A DNA stretch of 64,000 nucleotides, taken from the NCBI GenBank assembly GCA_040954595.2, contig CM082581.2, positions 4,580,699 through 4,644,698 of the forward strand. The letters run 5' to 3'. The notes beneath the pieces are model-generated. The model worked only from the letters and a program-made list of their open reading frames with translations. It was not told where the DNA came from and did not search any database. Source of the DNA: Balanoglossus misakiensis. Lineage: Eukaryota > Animalia > Hemichordata. Position numbers and translations under genes: made by a program. Numbering within the stretch: the stretch's first letter is position 1; every line of letters starts with the position of its first letter. This document shows positions 13,213 through 26,300 of the stretch, in pieces.

Positions 13213-15362
13213 TATTCATGCAAGAGTCGGGGGAGTAATCTGAGTGGCCATGCTAATCTTTGCAATTTTTAATTAATTATGGACTGTACAGTAGCTTTAA
13301 CTTTCATATTTTGCTTTTTACTATATTTTCTGCTTGTCCTCATATGTGGGCAATGACCATTGTTGGTAAATTTGAACTCAAGTGAACTTCAACAATTACA
13401 CACGTGGACTGCATTGACAAGCCAAATGATAGGCATACATGTATTATCATTTCAGAGGACCAAATACGAAACTGGACTTGACACAAAATACTAAGAGAGA
13501 GAAAAAAAGAGAGAAGTTGCAGTTTACAGAGCTTAATAGTTATTGTATCAACAAAACACACTATTACTGATACTAGTTGACAACTTATAGACTGTAAGTA
13601 GTCAATTGACACAACACTGCAATAGGTCTGTAGCTCTAAACTTCTCTCCAGGCATACATGCAGACTACCTGTGTAAACACAAACCCATCAAGGGAAAATG
13701 GCAAATTGAATAACAATCTCATTGAGTTTACTCATGTGATAAGGTGTTACCCAATCTTGTATGTAAAGCCCTGGAATTGGTGGTTGATGATGATGATGAT
13801 CAACTATGCCCTCACAGGATTTACACACTGCAACGAAAGCAAGTCTTGAACAAACATGTCCAACAAGAAAAGCAAGTCTCTCAATAAACTTGTCAACTAA
13901 GACTATTTCTCTATTTTCTGTGAAATCACTGCTCAGTGCTCAATACATTATCACAAGTAAGATAAATGATGTTTATACAATTCTTCACAAATAATCACTG
14001 CAGAAAACAGAAATTAGCACATAAAGAATTAACATACCAAGACAATGCACTGACAAATGGGGTCCACCCACCCCCATAAAGACCCAGCACATTTCTACAT
14101 CTGATTTTAATCCGATTGATCCAGATATTTCTCTCTTTCTATCTTTGTTTGAAACTATATGATACAATTATCAAGAGAATGCATGCATGTTAACTCACTA
14201 ATATACAAATGGGTGCAGTGTCGGAGAGTAAAACAATGTTCATTTTGCCAAGCTATAATGAAACACATTTAAAACTTGAGAAAAAATGTACATGCCGTGC
14301 AATAACTTTTAGTAAAATATTAATTATGCCAAGTTGTATCTATTAACTCCACAGTGTTTTATATCATTACTTTTTTTATTTATTTATTTATTTATTCATT
14401 TATTTATTTATATTTATTTAGAAAAAAGGGAAGAAATACAGACAGTTACTAGAAAATGTCTTTAATTTCTTGGATTACGAATAGTCCAGGATGAGATAAT
14501 TTACATAGTAACCAAAACAGTAACTGTCAAACAGCCCATCTTAAACTTGTTAGATATAAATGTCACTTTTAAGTTTTATAAAATTCTTTCTTTTTTTCAA
14601 AGCTGAACCAGAGATGTTACAAGGCAACTCCACATTACGCATCTACACTCGTTCGGATGATATTTGAAGAATTTAAAGACAAATGCCAAATCTAAGAGGG
14701 AATCTGGTCACTCACTATCATGTGAATGTTCCTCCATCTTGAAAAAAATAATTTCAACGCCTCACTCCGACACTTGGCTTGTCAAAGGCCATCTAATATA
14801 TTTTCAGGGCATACTAAATATATTATTTAAATCGTATACTCATTTTGGGTGAAGTGAGGCCATTAATATATATTCCCTTGGTCGATCGGGAACTGTTTGG
14901 ATATTCAAGACTTCATTGTGAGTTCTTTCATTGTTTGTAGTATGTATATACTAAGTCTTCATTGTCACCCATTCACACTGAATGGCGAGAGGTCAACATC
15001 AACTACCGTATTTTAATACAGAGTCAAGTTAGGTAGCCTTGTCGATTGCACACAGCCCGTGATTCCAAAAGGGATTTTGCAGGGCAACAGGTGCAATTCT
15101 CAGGGAATTAAAGTATTCGTCTTGGTCACTCTGTATCAGGGAAGTATTTTTGACATGGATTACAACATGAAATCATTCGCACTTTCATCGCTGCTATATT
15201 ATATTGACTGCACTGTGATCGCAGACAGTCGAAGCCCGCTGCAATATACTAGTGTACCGTGCTGTGTGTAATATAACAAAAGCCATGGTGGACTCCGCCA
15301 GGAAAGGCGCATATCTAATCATCCGTGATTCGTCTATTCGATGCAAAAATACGAGGCCTTAC

Positions 15363-15700
15363 CTTAACCAATGATCAAGTCTACGTCCACAATTACTACG
15401 ACGCTAGAGTTCCGCATAAAATTTGTCGATTTCCCAAAACAAAGTGGAAATTAGCGCTCATGAAGACAGCAGAGGCGTATCACGCACGCTGTCACAAGAA
15501 GTATATATCCTTCCGCCAGGGCAGCGACTGCTACTTATGTGCTTTGGTACTGGACTTGAAAGATTTTACAGCGAAAAAGGACAACATGGACGAGTCAGAA
15601 CATAATAACTGCAACTCTATTATAGATGACGATGAACAACTTCGCCGTTTTCTCGATGCCTCTTTTGTTTGTCGATGTGACTAAAGAATCCACACAAAAG
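15363..15700 (-). other. Probable non-coding first exon of the LDB distal isoform
   Basis: Strong donor AAG|gtaagg at 15362, CpG-rich sequence, and upstream CCAAT (~15755) and atttacat (15721). It would splice to the acceptor at 8391. The 5' boundary is approximate. Confidence 0.45.
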
Positions 15701-16850
15701 GTGAGACGGCCGCGCAGCTCATTTACATAAGTCAGTTTCCGGTACTGATGTCAGCCAATGAAAACGATCCCTCCTATCAATCAATAAGATACTCGTATCC
15801 AGATAGTGGTGATCGAATGGTCATGGATAAATAAACAGAAACGCACTGACAGAATCGTTAACCCACATATATGTCACCCAGTGCGAAACATGAAGAACAT
15901 ATGTGAAGAAACAAACGCATAATTCCGTGAACAATATTCGCTGTTCACATGCTGACATCTCATTTTCAAACCAAAACTAGAAGCTGATTTTGCAAAGTAC
16001 CTACCATGATACCCAGCACATTGAAGGACAAAACACAACATCCAATTTATGAAGAAAATTTATATTTACTTTTAACAAGACAATACAAATATGGGTAAAA
16101 TTTGAATCTTGGGATCACTTTATGACATTAAAGCGAAAATCTGGTTAATGATATTTAGACTATAGGGACGAAATAGCACTAACTGTGTTTTCACATTCAT
16201 AGTATCAGTGCCAACCACCAGGTCAAAGCTTTGTGGTCAGGAAAATTAAATTGAAGGCAGGGATAACCTGTTCAAATATGTTTGTTTAGGAAACCTCAAA
16301 AACCTATGTGAGTGGGGATCGAAGGAAAAAAATAGTCTCAAAGGTTTCATCACCTATGCAGATTTATAATTAACATTCAATTTTGCATCAGTGTTGATGG
16401 TAGGCACAAATGTCATGTTAGGTAAATTCAAATTCTCAAAGGAATATCACCATGAAAACTAGTGAATACTTTCATAGTGTGACAGTTAAACATAACAAAA
16501 CCTTTCTGGATTTTAGAGGACTTTGAAATGCAGCCACAACTGTTCAAGTGGAAGGTCAATAAATGGCCATCTTTGGATGGGAAGTAAGGTCGAGTTTTCA
16601 GTAAACATGACACATTTTTACATGTATTTGTCTTGATTAGGTCAAGAGGTCACTCTGTGAGAAAGATTCCAGAGGTATGCTGGAAATAATTGAGAAGTGA
16701 ATGACGTCCTCTAGTGGCCATTAATCGCATTAGTTACCATACGCACTCAAAACCTCGCAAAATCTCGCCCAATCTCGTTTTGATTCAAAAGGCGGCCATT
16801 TTAAAAACTGAAAACAAACAGCCAACGATCGCGAAGAAACCGACAAGATA
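15700..16850. promoter_or_regulatory. Divergent promoter interval between LDB and NCAPG
   Basis: CpG-enriched patches at both ends. YY1-like GCGGCCATTTT at ~16792 and CHR-like TTCAAA at ~16784. Probable NCAPG non-coding exon with a donor near 16853. Confidence 0.45.
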
Positions 16851-17361
16851 AGGTTGGTAATTCATTGAATTGGGACTCATGATATCATTTTAAAACGATC
16901 AAACGCAGCAAAATATTCATATGCTTAAATCTTGCTTATTTTTTCCCTGTGAGACCACTGGACTGCTCCATGATCAGCCACGGCAGTTAGATATTTTGTG
17001 TTGTGATGATACGTGAAGGCCCAGTGATTCTATTTCAAAACATGTAACAATCACACGACTTAATTTATCAATTTCAACTGTCTGGAGTTTAGCCCGAAAG
17101 AACAGCACACATGGCATGTTTTGCAAAAGCGGCATTGCCGTTGCTCGAGGCACGTCGGCACAGTGTAGATTCACTCACAGACAGTCCCAAGTTTTCTGCA
17201 CTGGTCATCTGGTGTAGTGAAAGTCATCCATGATTCGCTGCATGTCTGTGCCTCCTCCCAAATAGAGAGCTCTGCTGGTAGATGGGATGTTCATGCAAGT
17301 TCCTTCAATCTACAGCAAGGCATGTGACCTCTTTCATCTTGTTTTAATTTTAGTTTTCAAG

Positions 17362-20300
17362 ATGCCATCAAAGCAAGGAATGACCATGTTGCAGATATTT
17401 GAAGAGTGTCAGAAGAGTGCTTATACTCATAACAAGTTACTAAGCAAGCTTAGAGAAATCTATGAAACTGTAAGTATTTCAACATGTGAAACTAAACTAT
17501 GTAAACATGTATATATTAAAAATAGTTTTATGTAATAAAGAATAGAAACTATGGTTAAAGAGTTTTTTAACTTATACAAGTGTGCTTGCATGTTTACCAC
17601 ATGCAACCCAAGATCTCATTTTCCCCTTCTTTTGACTACTTTTCAGACTGAAGACAAGAAACAATTTCATTCTGAGATGATCAAGTATCTCATGTTTTCT
17701 ATGATCGTTCTGAAACGAGAGCCAGCAGTGGAACGCACTCTGGACTTTATCGCAAAGTTTGCAGTGTCGTTTGCCGACGAAACCAATGAGAACAGCAAGA
17801 ACGAAGATAACATCAACAAAGATGACAAAGAAGACAACATCTTGATGGCACTCTTTAATTTCTTTCTTCAGGTAAATCCAACAATTCTTTACTATCAATC
17901 ACGTGATCTGGCCATGTGACCCACGGCGTTGTCATTTTCAGATGACGGGCAAGCAATATTTCGGCATCCAGTAAAAGTTTTTCCCAGTATGTTTTTACTT
18001 TAGAGCCGCCAAACACATAACATGTATCAGGTATGGTGCCTCATCAGCCTCATTGCATTTTGTCTGCACAGTCTTTGTCTGCACCACGTAAGTCCACGTT
18101 GCTGAAGTTGCCCGTCATCTGGAAATTTGAATGCGAACGTAACTGCCGCCTAAGCGCGTATGACGTCATTTGATATCGAAGAATAACATTACTGGCCATA
18201 CATGATTTTTTTTATGGCTGAGTCTATTGACACCCGAGTGGCAATAATACTCGGCCACACGGGCGAGTCTATTGACACCCCTTGGTCTCCTTCAAAGCCT
18301 GCAACTTGTGTCATACAGTTTAGTGTAAAACATAATAACGTCGGAGGGAAAGTCTCAACGGCTGCAGAGAACAAGAGTCATTTTTGGAGATTATTTTCCA
18401 TATTACATGTACAGGCAAATATTAAGCATTGTGTATTACTCATTGACCAGACTCTTATTCTGGGTAAAGATGAAACTCAGAGATTTTATGAAATAATATC
18501 TTTGTTCAATAATATCATTGTTCATATTTGAGTGGAATTGAAAGCGATGCTACAGTATTACTATTAGTATTTCTTTTCCAACCTGAACAAATGTGATTAG
18601 CCTGTTTGTCAAAGTTGTTGATTCAGTCTTATTTTCTTTCTCTGTTGCAGTCTCACGGGGCCAACAGTACAGCAGTGAGATTCCGTTGCTGTCAAATGAT
18701 CAATAAATTGTTAAATCAAATGGGCGATGATGCTCAAATAGATGATGATCTCTTTGATAGAATCTACGATAACATGCTGGTCAGACTGAGAGACAAGAAA
18801 GCGTCGGTGCGTGTACAAGCTGTCACCTCACTTGCAAGACTCCAAGAGCCATCCAACAAGGAATGCCCGGTCATCAAAGGTAACCCCACACTTATAATTA
18901 AAGCCCAAATAGCTGCCACTTTTACCGTATTTTTAATCACTAAAATACTTCAGTCTGCTTATCCTTAGTAGACAAACGACACTATTTTGACTTTGCAGGG
19001 ATTTTAATACCCATGTGTACATACTACTTCAGTTTTGTACTCTTGCTGTGGACAGTTGAATAAATGGGTGTGGCACCCGTTTATTATTTACCATGTTCAT
19101 ATTTAAATGTACAGCCACTGTCAGAAGGTGATGATATGTTTCTGTATATCCAATGGAACTCATTTAAATGGACCATTTTAAGTTTGAAAGTAAATGGCAG
19201 CTATTGGGGCTTTAATAAGTGTTATTTGAATGCGTAGCAAATCTGTCTTTGCGAATTCAAATGTACATGTACCATAGTGAGTACAAATCCATATCCAAAC
19301 AAAGAGAAACGCTTTGGTAAATGATGTATACATATCTATTCTGTTCTCATACCTCAACTTTACATTGTATGTCTTAAAGGTACAATGTATACGGTCACCT
19401 CCAATTTACATATCGCCATATATAGTTGAAATGGCGTATTTGAGTGTTCTAAAGAACACTTTATTTTCGCGTGTGCCACCCACTGAAAATCTGTGATTGG
19501 TTAGATCTCAATTTACCATGGTAACTGTGGCAAAATTTGTATAGGTGACCGTATACCTTTAATCTATCAAATGCTGAAGTTTCCTATTTTTTAACTGTCT
19601 TGACAGCTTACATGTACATGATGGGTAATGACCCCAACCCAGATGTGAGATATGCCATCTTATCCTGCATTGCACCTTCTGCACAAACTTTAGCCGTCAT
19701 CCTGAAACGTACCCGTGATGTCAAAGACAGCGTTCGTAAACTTGCTTTTGTGGTGCTGGCTGAAAAGATCCACATCAAGGCGCTGAGAATTGAACAGCGC
19801 ATACAGATACTGAAGGATGGACTAAATGATAGAGCTGGTAAGATTCTAAAGCAAGTTCAAGTATAAGACTGATTCTACTGATTGTACACCGGGTTGTCCC
19901 TTGTGGGATCAATACTAGTATTTACATTTGTTCGATTTGATGAGGAGTCTGTTTATTTGCCATATTTGCAAATAAGTGCTCGCCATTCTAAGTACAGCAC
20001 CATACATTGTTTTGAAATGAATGGTAGGTACATTTCAAAATTGTGCCTTCGCATTTGCGTTAGTCATGTGTATATCACTGTGTTACAGATGCGGTCAAAC
20101 ATGCTTGTTCGACCAAGTTGCTCCAGGCATGGTTGCATTCATTTGAGGGAAACGTCATCGATCTTCTGGATGCACTGGATGTGGAAGATTCATGTGATGT
20201 GGCAGAGCAAGCACTGAAGAGTATCTTCAAGACTGTGCCCGCTGGTGATTTGATGCAGAACTTTGACCTTCTCAACGATAAGTAAGTACCTGGAATGCTG

Positions 20301-23300
20301 AGAGTAAAAAAGATGGAAACCTGGTCTTTTGACAAAATTGCTTGCATGCGTGCGTGAATGATATGCATATTCCAGTGTGTGAATTCACCTATGTGTTTAT
20401 GTTGCATTGTTATCATGTAACTTTCTTAGCATCTTGTGTCCGTAGAAAACTCAGCCAGAATGCAACATTTTTGTTAGCATATTATCTATCATCCAGATCA
20501 GGACCGTTACACTTTGAATGGCTGCTCACAGACTGTATTTTGAGGTGTTTTCAACTTACCGTAACTTTCGCTACAGTGCATTATTTAAAATACTAGAAGT
20601 ATAAAATTATAAGCGAAAACCTCACCTGACATGTCATATTTCATTGAAGTATTGATATTACGGCCATTTTCCAAATCTGATTTTATCATTCGAAAATATG
20701 GTACTGTCGGAGTATACTTACAGCTGTTTCCTTTCTGTAGGCATGTGATGGATGATGAACAGCTGAGCTGTGAGAGTGCGATGTACTGGAGATGTCTCTG
20801 TCAGTACATCAAAACACTTGGAGCTACTCAAGAAGAAAAACTGGAGAAATTACTACCCACACTGTCAGAGTACTGTGCTTATACCAAAAGGTATGTCATA
20901 CCTATCTGTTTTTTGTAGTTGAACTCTATCACCCCCAGTTCCCTCTTTACATGTATAGGTCCAACCTTTCCACGTTACTGTTTGCTGAGAAATGGTTTCA
21001 GAGGTTTAACAATCCTATAAAGTACACTGAATTGATTTTGTATGTGTGACCTTTCTATTTTCTTTACATTACCAAGTAAATGTATTATAATTCACGACAT
21101 CAAGATGTTACATGTCGTAGTGCTGTTCTCAGTATGGAGCTGTGCACTGTTTTAGCAACCAATGAGGAACTCACTGTTCATTTTAATCTTGCAGATACAT
21201 GAATAAAATGAAACAGGCTGAAGGCAATCTTGACGAGACATTGAAACAAGAATTCATTGCTGAACAGTTGTTGTTGTTAGCAACAGTCCTGGATTTGTCG
21301 GATGAAGTTGGCAGGTATGGGCTACGGTACACACATTTTCTAGGGCTGAAGTCTATGCATTTGTCTTCATTCATTTCTGTATATTTTCAAGGAATAGGAA
21401 ACATTACATTTCACAAAAAAGAAATGTACTATTTTGCTGTAAGGTAGAAATCATAATCAAATCGACCAATCATGTGTGGAAATCATTCTTTTACAATGTA
21501 AAAAATATCGCCACTATTCCTTTCCCTGCAACGTGCCTAATGTATTCACCTTGTATTGTAGGAAGTGTCTTGACAAACTGGTGCATGACTTGTTGGTTTC
21601 TCCTGACATCCCGGCATCTCTGGTCAAGTTGCTGTTGGATTGCTTCAATAAGATCCACACCGACGCCGATCAGCGAATCGTCAACATAGCCGAGATTATC
21701 TCCGACATCAAAGAGCCAATCACAGTGGTTGATGTCAAAGTGAATGAGAAAGAACATAGAGAGAAACAACTCAAGGTATATTTCACATTATTAATTTATT
21801 TTCAATTGATCTTTGTGTTGGAACACCATGGCATTTTTTAAACTTAAAATGTGAACCACTGACTCCAATTACACTGCCAGAGTTGATCTGCATACATGTA
21901 CATTAATCTTTTCAAGGCCCTAGTCAACTTGTTGCCACCTTTCAAAAAAAGAAAACCTCATAACTATTTCTGCATATTTTCTCAAATTTCGTTAAAAAAC
22001 CTGAAAAGAAGAGAAAATTATGTCCACTTGGTCTAAAATTAAGATAAAAACAGAGAAAAAATGGATCAAAATGTAAAAATGTTGCACTACATTTTGACAG
22101 AAAAAAATGTGGCATACAAAGAGTCTTAAACCCACCAGCACAGATTTGTTATAACTCTTGTGTGCTTTCCTGCCCTCTCTGCAGCTTGCTGGTGTACGTG
22201 TTCAGTTGAATCAGTTGAGAGATGAGTTGGAGAATTGCATAACGCACCAGGATTTCAATGAAGCTGCAAAAATCAAAGAAAGGGTGGCAGAACTTGAACA
22301 GAGCAAAGCTGATCTCATTGAAGACCTCCAACCAAAAAGCCAGGAAGACAGAATTGAAAAGGTGTGTTGTTGTTTTTTCCAGCACAGTAAGAATTCTCCG
22401 TTTTATGCTAAGTCATTAGTGTTTGGTAATTCAAAATGGCATTTTAAAATAGTCTTGCAGTCACATTGACGTAAAAATATACTAGTAAGTGTAAATTTTA
22501 TTGAGGACGGCACCCAAGTAAATGTTACCAGGGTTCCCCACTCATTTTACAAGATTTCCCCTTGGTCTATCAATGCAGTCATGCTGATCTTGAGATTTCC
22601 AAAGCGTTTATCAATGTTCCAAAACATGAGCAAAAACATTGTCACAAAAGCTCTTCACTTTGACAGACACATTCCCCTTTTTGTGAAATCAATTCAAAGA
22701 GAAGTTCAGTCCAGCTGGTTTCTACATAATGTGATAGCTTTGAGGTCACTTTTCAGGAAAAAAACATTTTCGCCACGACAACTCGCAAGATTTTTTTTTC
22801 TACAAAAACGGGGAAAATCAATCAATCAATGACATTTTTTTCCCCTCACTTCACTTTGTTCTCCTCTGATTAGAATGACCCGACAACTTTGACCAAGTGT
22901 CTTACAATTGCCAGTGAAATGCTTCAAGAGTTATCCACCAATGGACTTAATCCCACTCTGAAGACAATGGCAGAAACACTGGTAAGTGCACGCCATCATT
23001 TGTTCTGATGTATTAGCACTGGCACAGTTGAGGATTAATCTACACAAAATATTCAAATCCAGATTGTAACAAATTAGTACTACATAGTATACTGATGTTA
23101 GATATGGATTTGACAAAATCTTTGTGGAAATTTGCATTTTTTTTTCGTGTTCAAAACTTTGCATTGGGGAGAATTTTATCTCTATGTAATAGTCTAAGAA
23201 TATTTATTTTTTCTTGCATTACTCAGATAATTCCTGGAATTCAGAATGAAGACCCATTAGTCCGTAATCTGGCTGTCAAATGTCTTGGGCTTTGTGCTCA

Positions 23301-26300
23301 ACTTTGCAAGCATTTTGCCAAAGAGTATCTACTCTTGTTGATGCAGGTAAGTGGAAAATATTAGCTGCATTCTTTAATGGCAACCCAAATCTCTAATAAA
23401 ATTTAACCCTTTCTCCACCATGGTTCAGTCCAAACCCATTGTTTTCTAAGGTAAGGTTGGACCTCTATAGGGGGAACTGGGGGTGAAAGGGTTAAAAAGT
23501 AGGGTTTGTTATAATCTCTGCTGTGCACTTTCTCAGGTGCATGCTTTGCTTGTCAATAACATTTTTTTACTGTATGATTATTTATTTTTTCTTTTCCAAT
23601 CCATATTTCCTTTTGGGATAACCCTTTGGAAAAATGTCCGGCCCTACCTTATCGCTCAAAACCAAGGAAGGCCTTAGGGGTTGTACTATTATTTTACCAT
23701 AGGAAAAAATGGGTTTGGGCTGGACCAAAGGTGGGGAAAGGATTAAATAATCCATGTCAACTTTTCATGTATGTCAGGTGTCTCAAGTTGACCAGGAGAC
23801 AATACGTGTGGAAGCATTGAAAGCCATCTTTGATCTGATGCTGACCTTTGGTTTTGAGACATTCGCGACTGATGAGGAGGATGGCAATGATGAGACCAAG
23901 AATAACAAGGATGATGATGCAAATGAATCAAAAGATAGTGACGATGCAGACAGCAGTGTTGCCAAGGAAACAAAAGAGACGAAAACTGCCAACAGTGTAC
24001 TCACTATACTGACAACTTTACTGGATAATGAGGTCAGAGATATTATCTTCTTAAACATTTCTCCAATTGTATATCAAGTTGTGCTGGTAGATGTGAAATG
24101 TTAATTTTGCAATTAACAGTCACATAATCAATTTTAAAGGGGTAGAATGGCGTAACTTTTGTTCAAAGGAAGTGGTTGACATCTTACTTATATTTTGATT
24201 GTTTGACAACCCTTGATACAATAACGACTTTGAATCAAGAAAGATTGTTAAATTAACCAGTGCTATGGGTACATTAAATAAGTTGCAACTATTTTGATGA
24301 TGGTAAGATGAGATGAAGAGATTGAATTTTTGTACAGTCCACAGATTTGCTAATTTGTGCACTATTCTGTTCTTTGTATCAACACAGAGTTCTGAGATAC
24401 GCACAGTGGCTGCTGAAGGCTTAGCTAAGTTGTTGATATCAGGACGCATTGTGAGCTCCAAACTGATCTCCCGTTTGATGATACTGTGGTACAATCCCAT
24501 CACTGAGGAAGACACCAGACTACGTCATTGTCTGGGATTATTTCTACCACTCTACGCATTCAGTGCAAAGTAAGTCCAAGTTTCGATCCCCTAGTGTATG
24601 TTAGTAACAGTGTGCCCTCTAAGCCCATATGACGAGCCACTGACTCAACAAACTCACTGGTGACTCAAGAAAATTATCCATGCTACATGTACATGCGCAG
24701 GTATAGGGCTGAATTTTTAGAAATCCACAAATCAACTCAAAGCTTTTAATAACTGGTTTGCGATTTTGTTATCTGAACGGTGATTGGCTAATCATGGAAG
24801 TACTTGTATGTTATGCCGATGATGCATGGTCTGATTTCAGATGTAATCACACCAAAAGCTAATATCTCTTACTTCGGTATGCAAATCAACGTTACACTTA
24901 TATCACACTGACACAGGTTAGTGACTTTTCCCCCTTCATTCCATTTTTTCCCAGGTCTCACCAGGAATGCATAGGTGAAGCCTTTCTTCCCACTCTGCGT
25001 ACCCTGTTTAATGCACCCATATTTTCCCCACTGGCGAAGATCAACGAAAACAACGTCGCTGATCTGTTAGTGACCCTGACCAATCACGGAAATCTTCAAC
25101 AGAATAAAGACAATCAGAATGATGTCATGGGTGTAAGTACAGTAAGAATTTGTGTGTGACAAAAACAGTGTTCTCCCTAGCAATTTTGATACAGTATTGC
25201 TAATTTGCATAATGATAATGAGTTGCTATTGTTTAAACCAATTTAAAGGGTATCAGCTGATGCTCTATAATTGTTCTAGGGAAAGCACTGGACAAACACC
25301 AATGGAGGTTATCCATTGCATTAATTCTGGCTGCCTTAAATAGGTTTTTACTTCGTGCTAGGGGGTCATATCACATTATAAAAATTGCATTCTGGGTAAA
25401 AGGTCGACAACTCACTGCAGTAAGAGATAAAAGAAACTATTTCATGACTTCCTTTGGTTAAACATTTCTCTCTTTGTACTTGGCATGTTAAACTCATTCA
25501 ACTTTTTTCACATGTTGTTATTTTTTCTGTTACTAAGTTTCAGAATGACCCAGTATAAATTTGGCTTATCGATTCCACTGCTTTGCTTCTCTTGACAGGA
25601 CTCTTCAGTTCATGAAAGTTTAGCCATCAAACTCTGCAATGAAATCCTGAGTGACTGTGAAGCCCCTGGAACGCGTACACTCTGCAAAACTCTGACGTTA
25701 CTGGAACTATCACCAGCCAATCTGACCATGATCAAGGATTTGCAAACACTGGCCGCTCAGATGATGCAGGTAGGCCTCAGCCACATATGAGCACAATGCG
25801 AAATGATTTGAAAATGTGTTCCCATTTTGCAACTGTGCGGTCAAACTGTATTCAGGTGGTTGTTTTAAAGGGACAAAGTCTCTCTCTCGCTACTGTTTTC
25901 CCATTAATTATGTTTGATACAAGACAACGTTTATGTCATTCTATATGTTGATATATAGTGAATCAAAGTTCGACCACACACAATTTCCATCCTGTTTGTA
26001 GGATGTGAGAGTAAAAATCTTGTCAAAATGAATAAATGGTAGAGACCAATAATTCATTTTGGCGAGTTTTTCACTCTTGTGTCTACAAGTGGGATGGAAG
26101 TTGTGTGTGGTTGAACATTTATTCACTATATACCCACATGTCATGTAGAATGGAAAAAGGGTAGCGAGAGAGAGACTTTGTCTCTTGATTTTGAGCAATG
26201 GTGAATGTGGAGTTCAATTTCAGGAATTTGCACATGGTGTGATGAGGGAATTAAATTGGTTTTCTTAATACATCAGTGGAATTGTCAGATTTTGTGGTGA

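Noticed and set aside
15325-15684. 119-aa plus-strand ORF
   Set aside because: No recognisable domain; better explained as the antisense of a CpG-rich LDB 5' exon.
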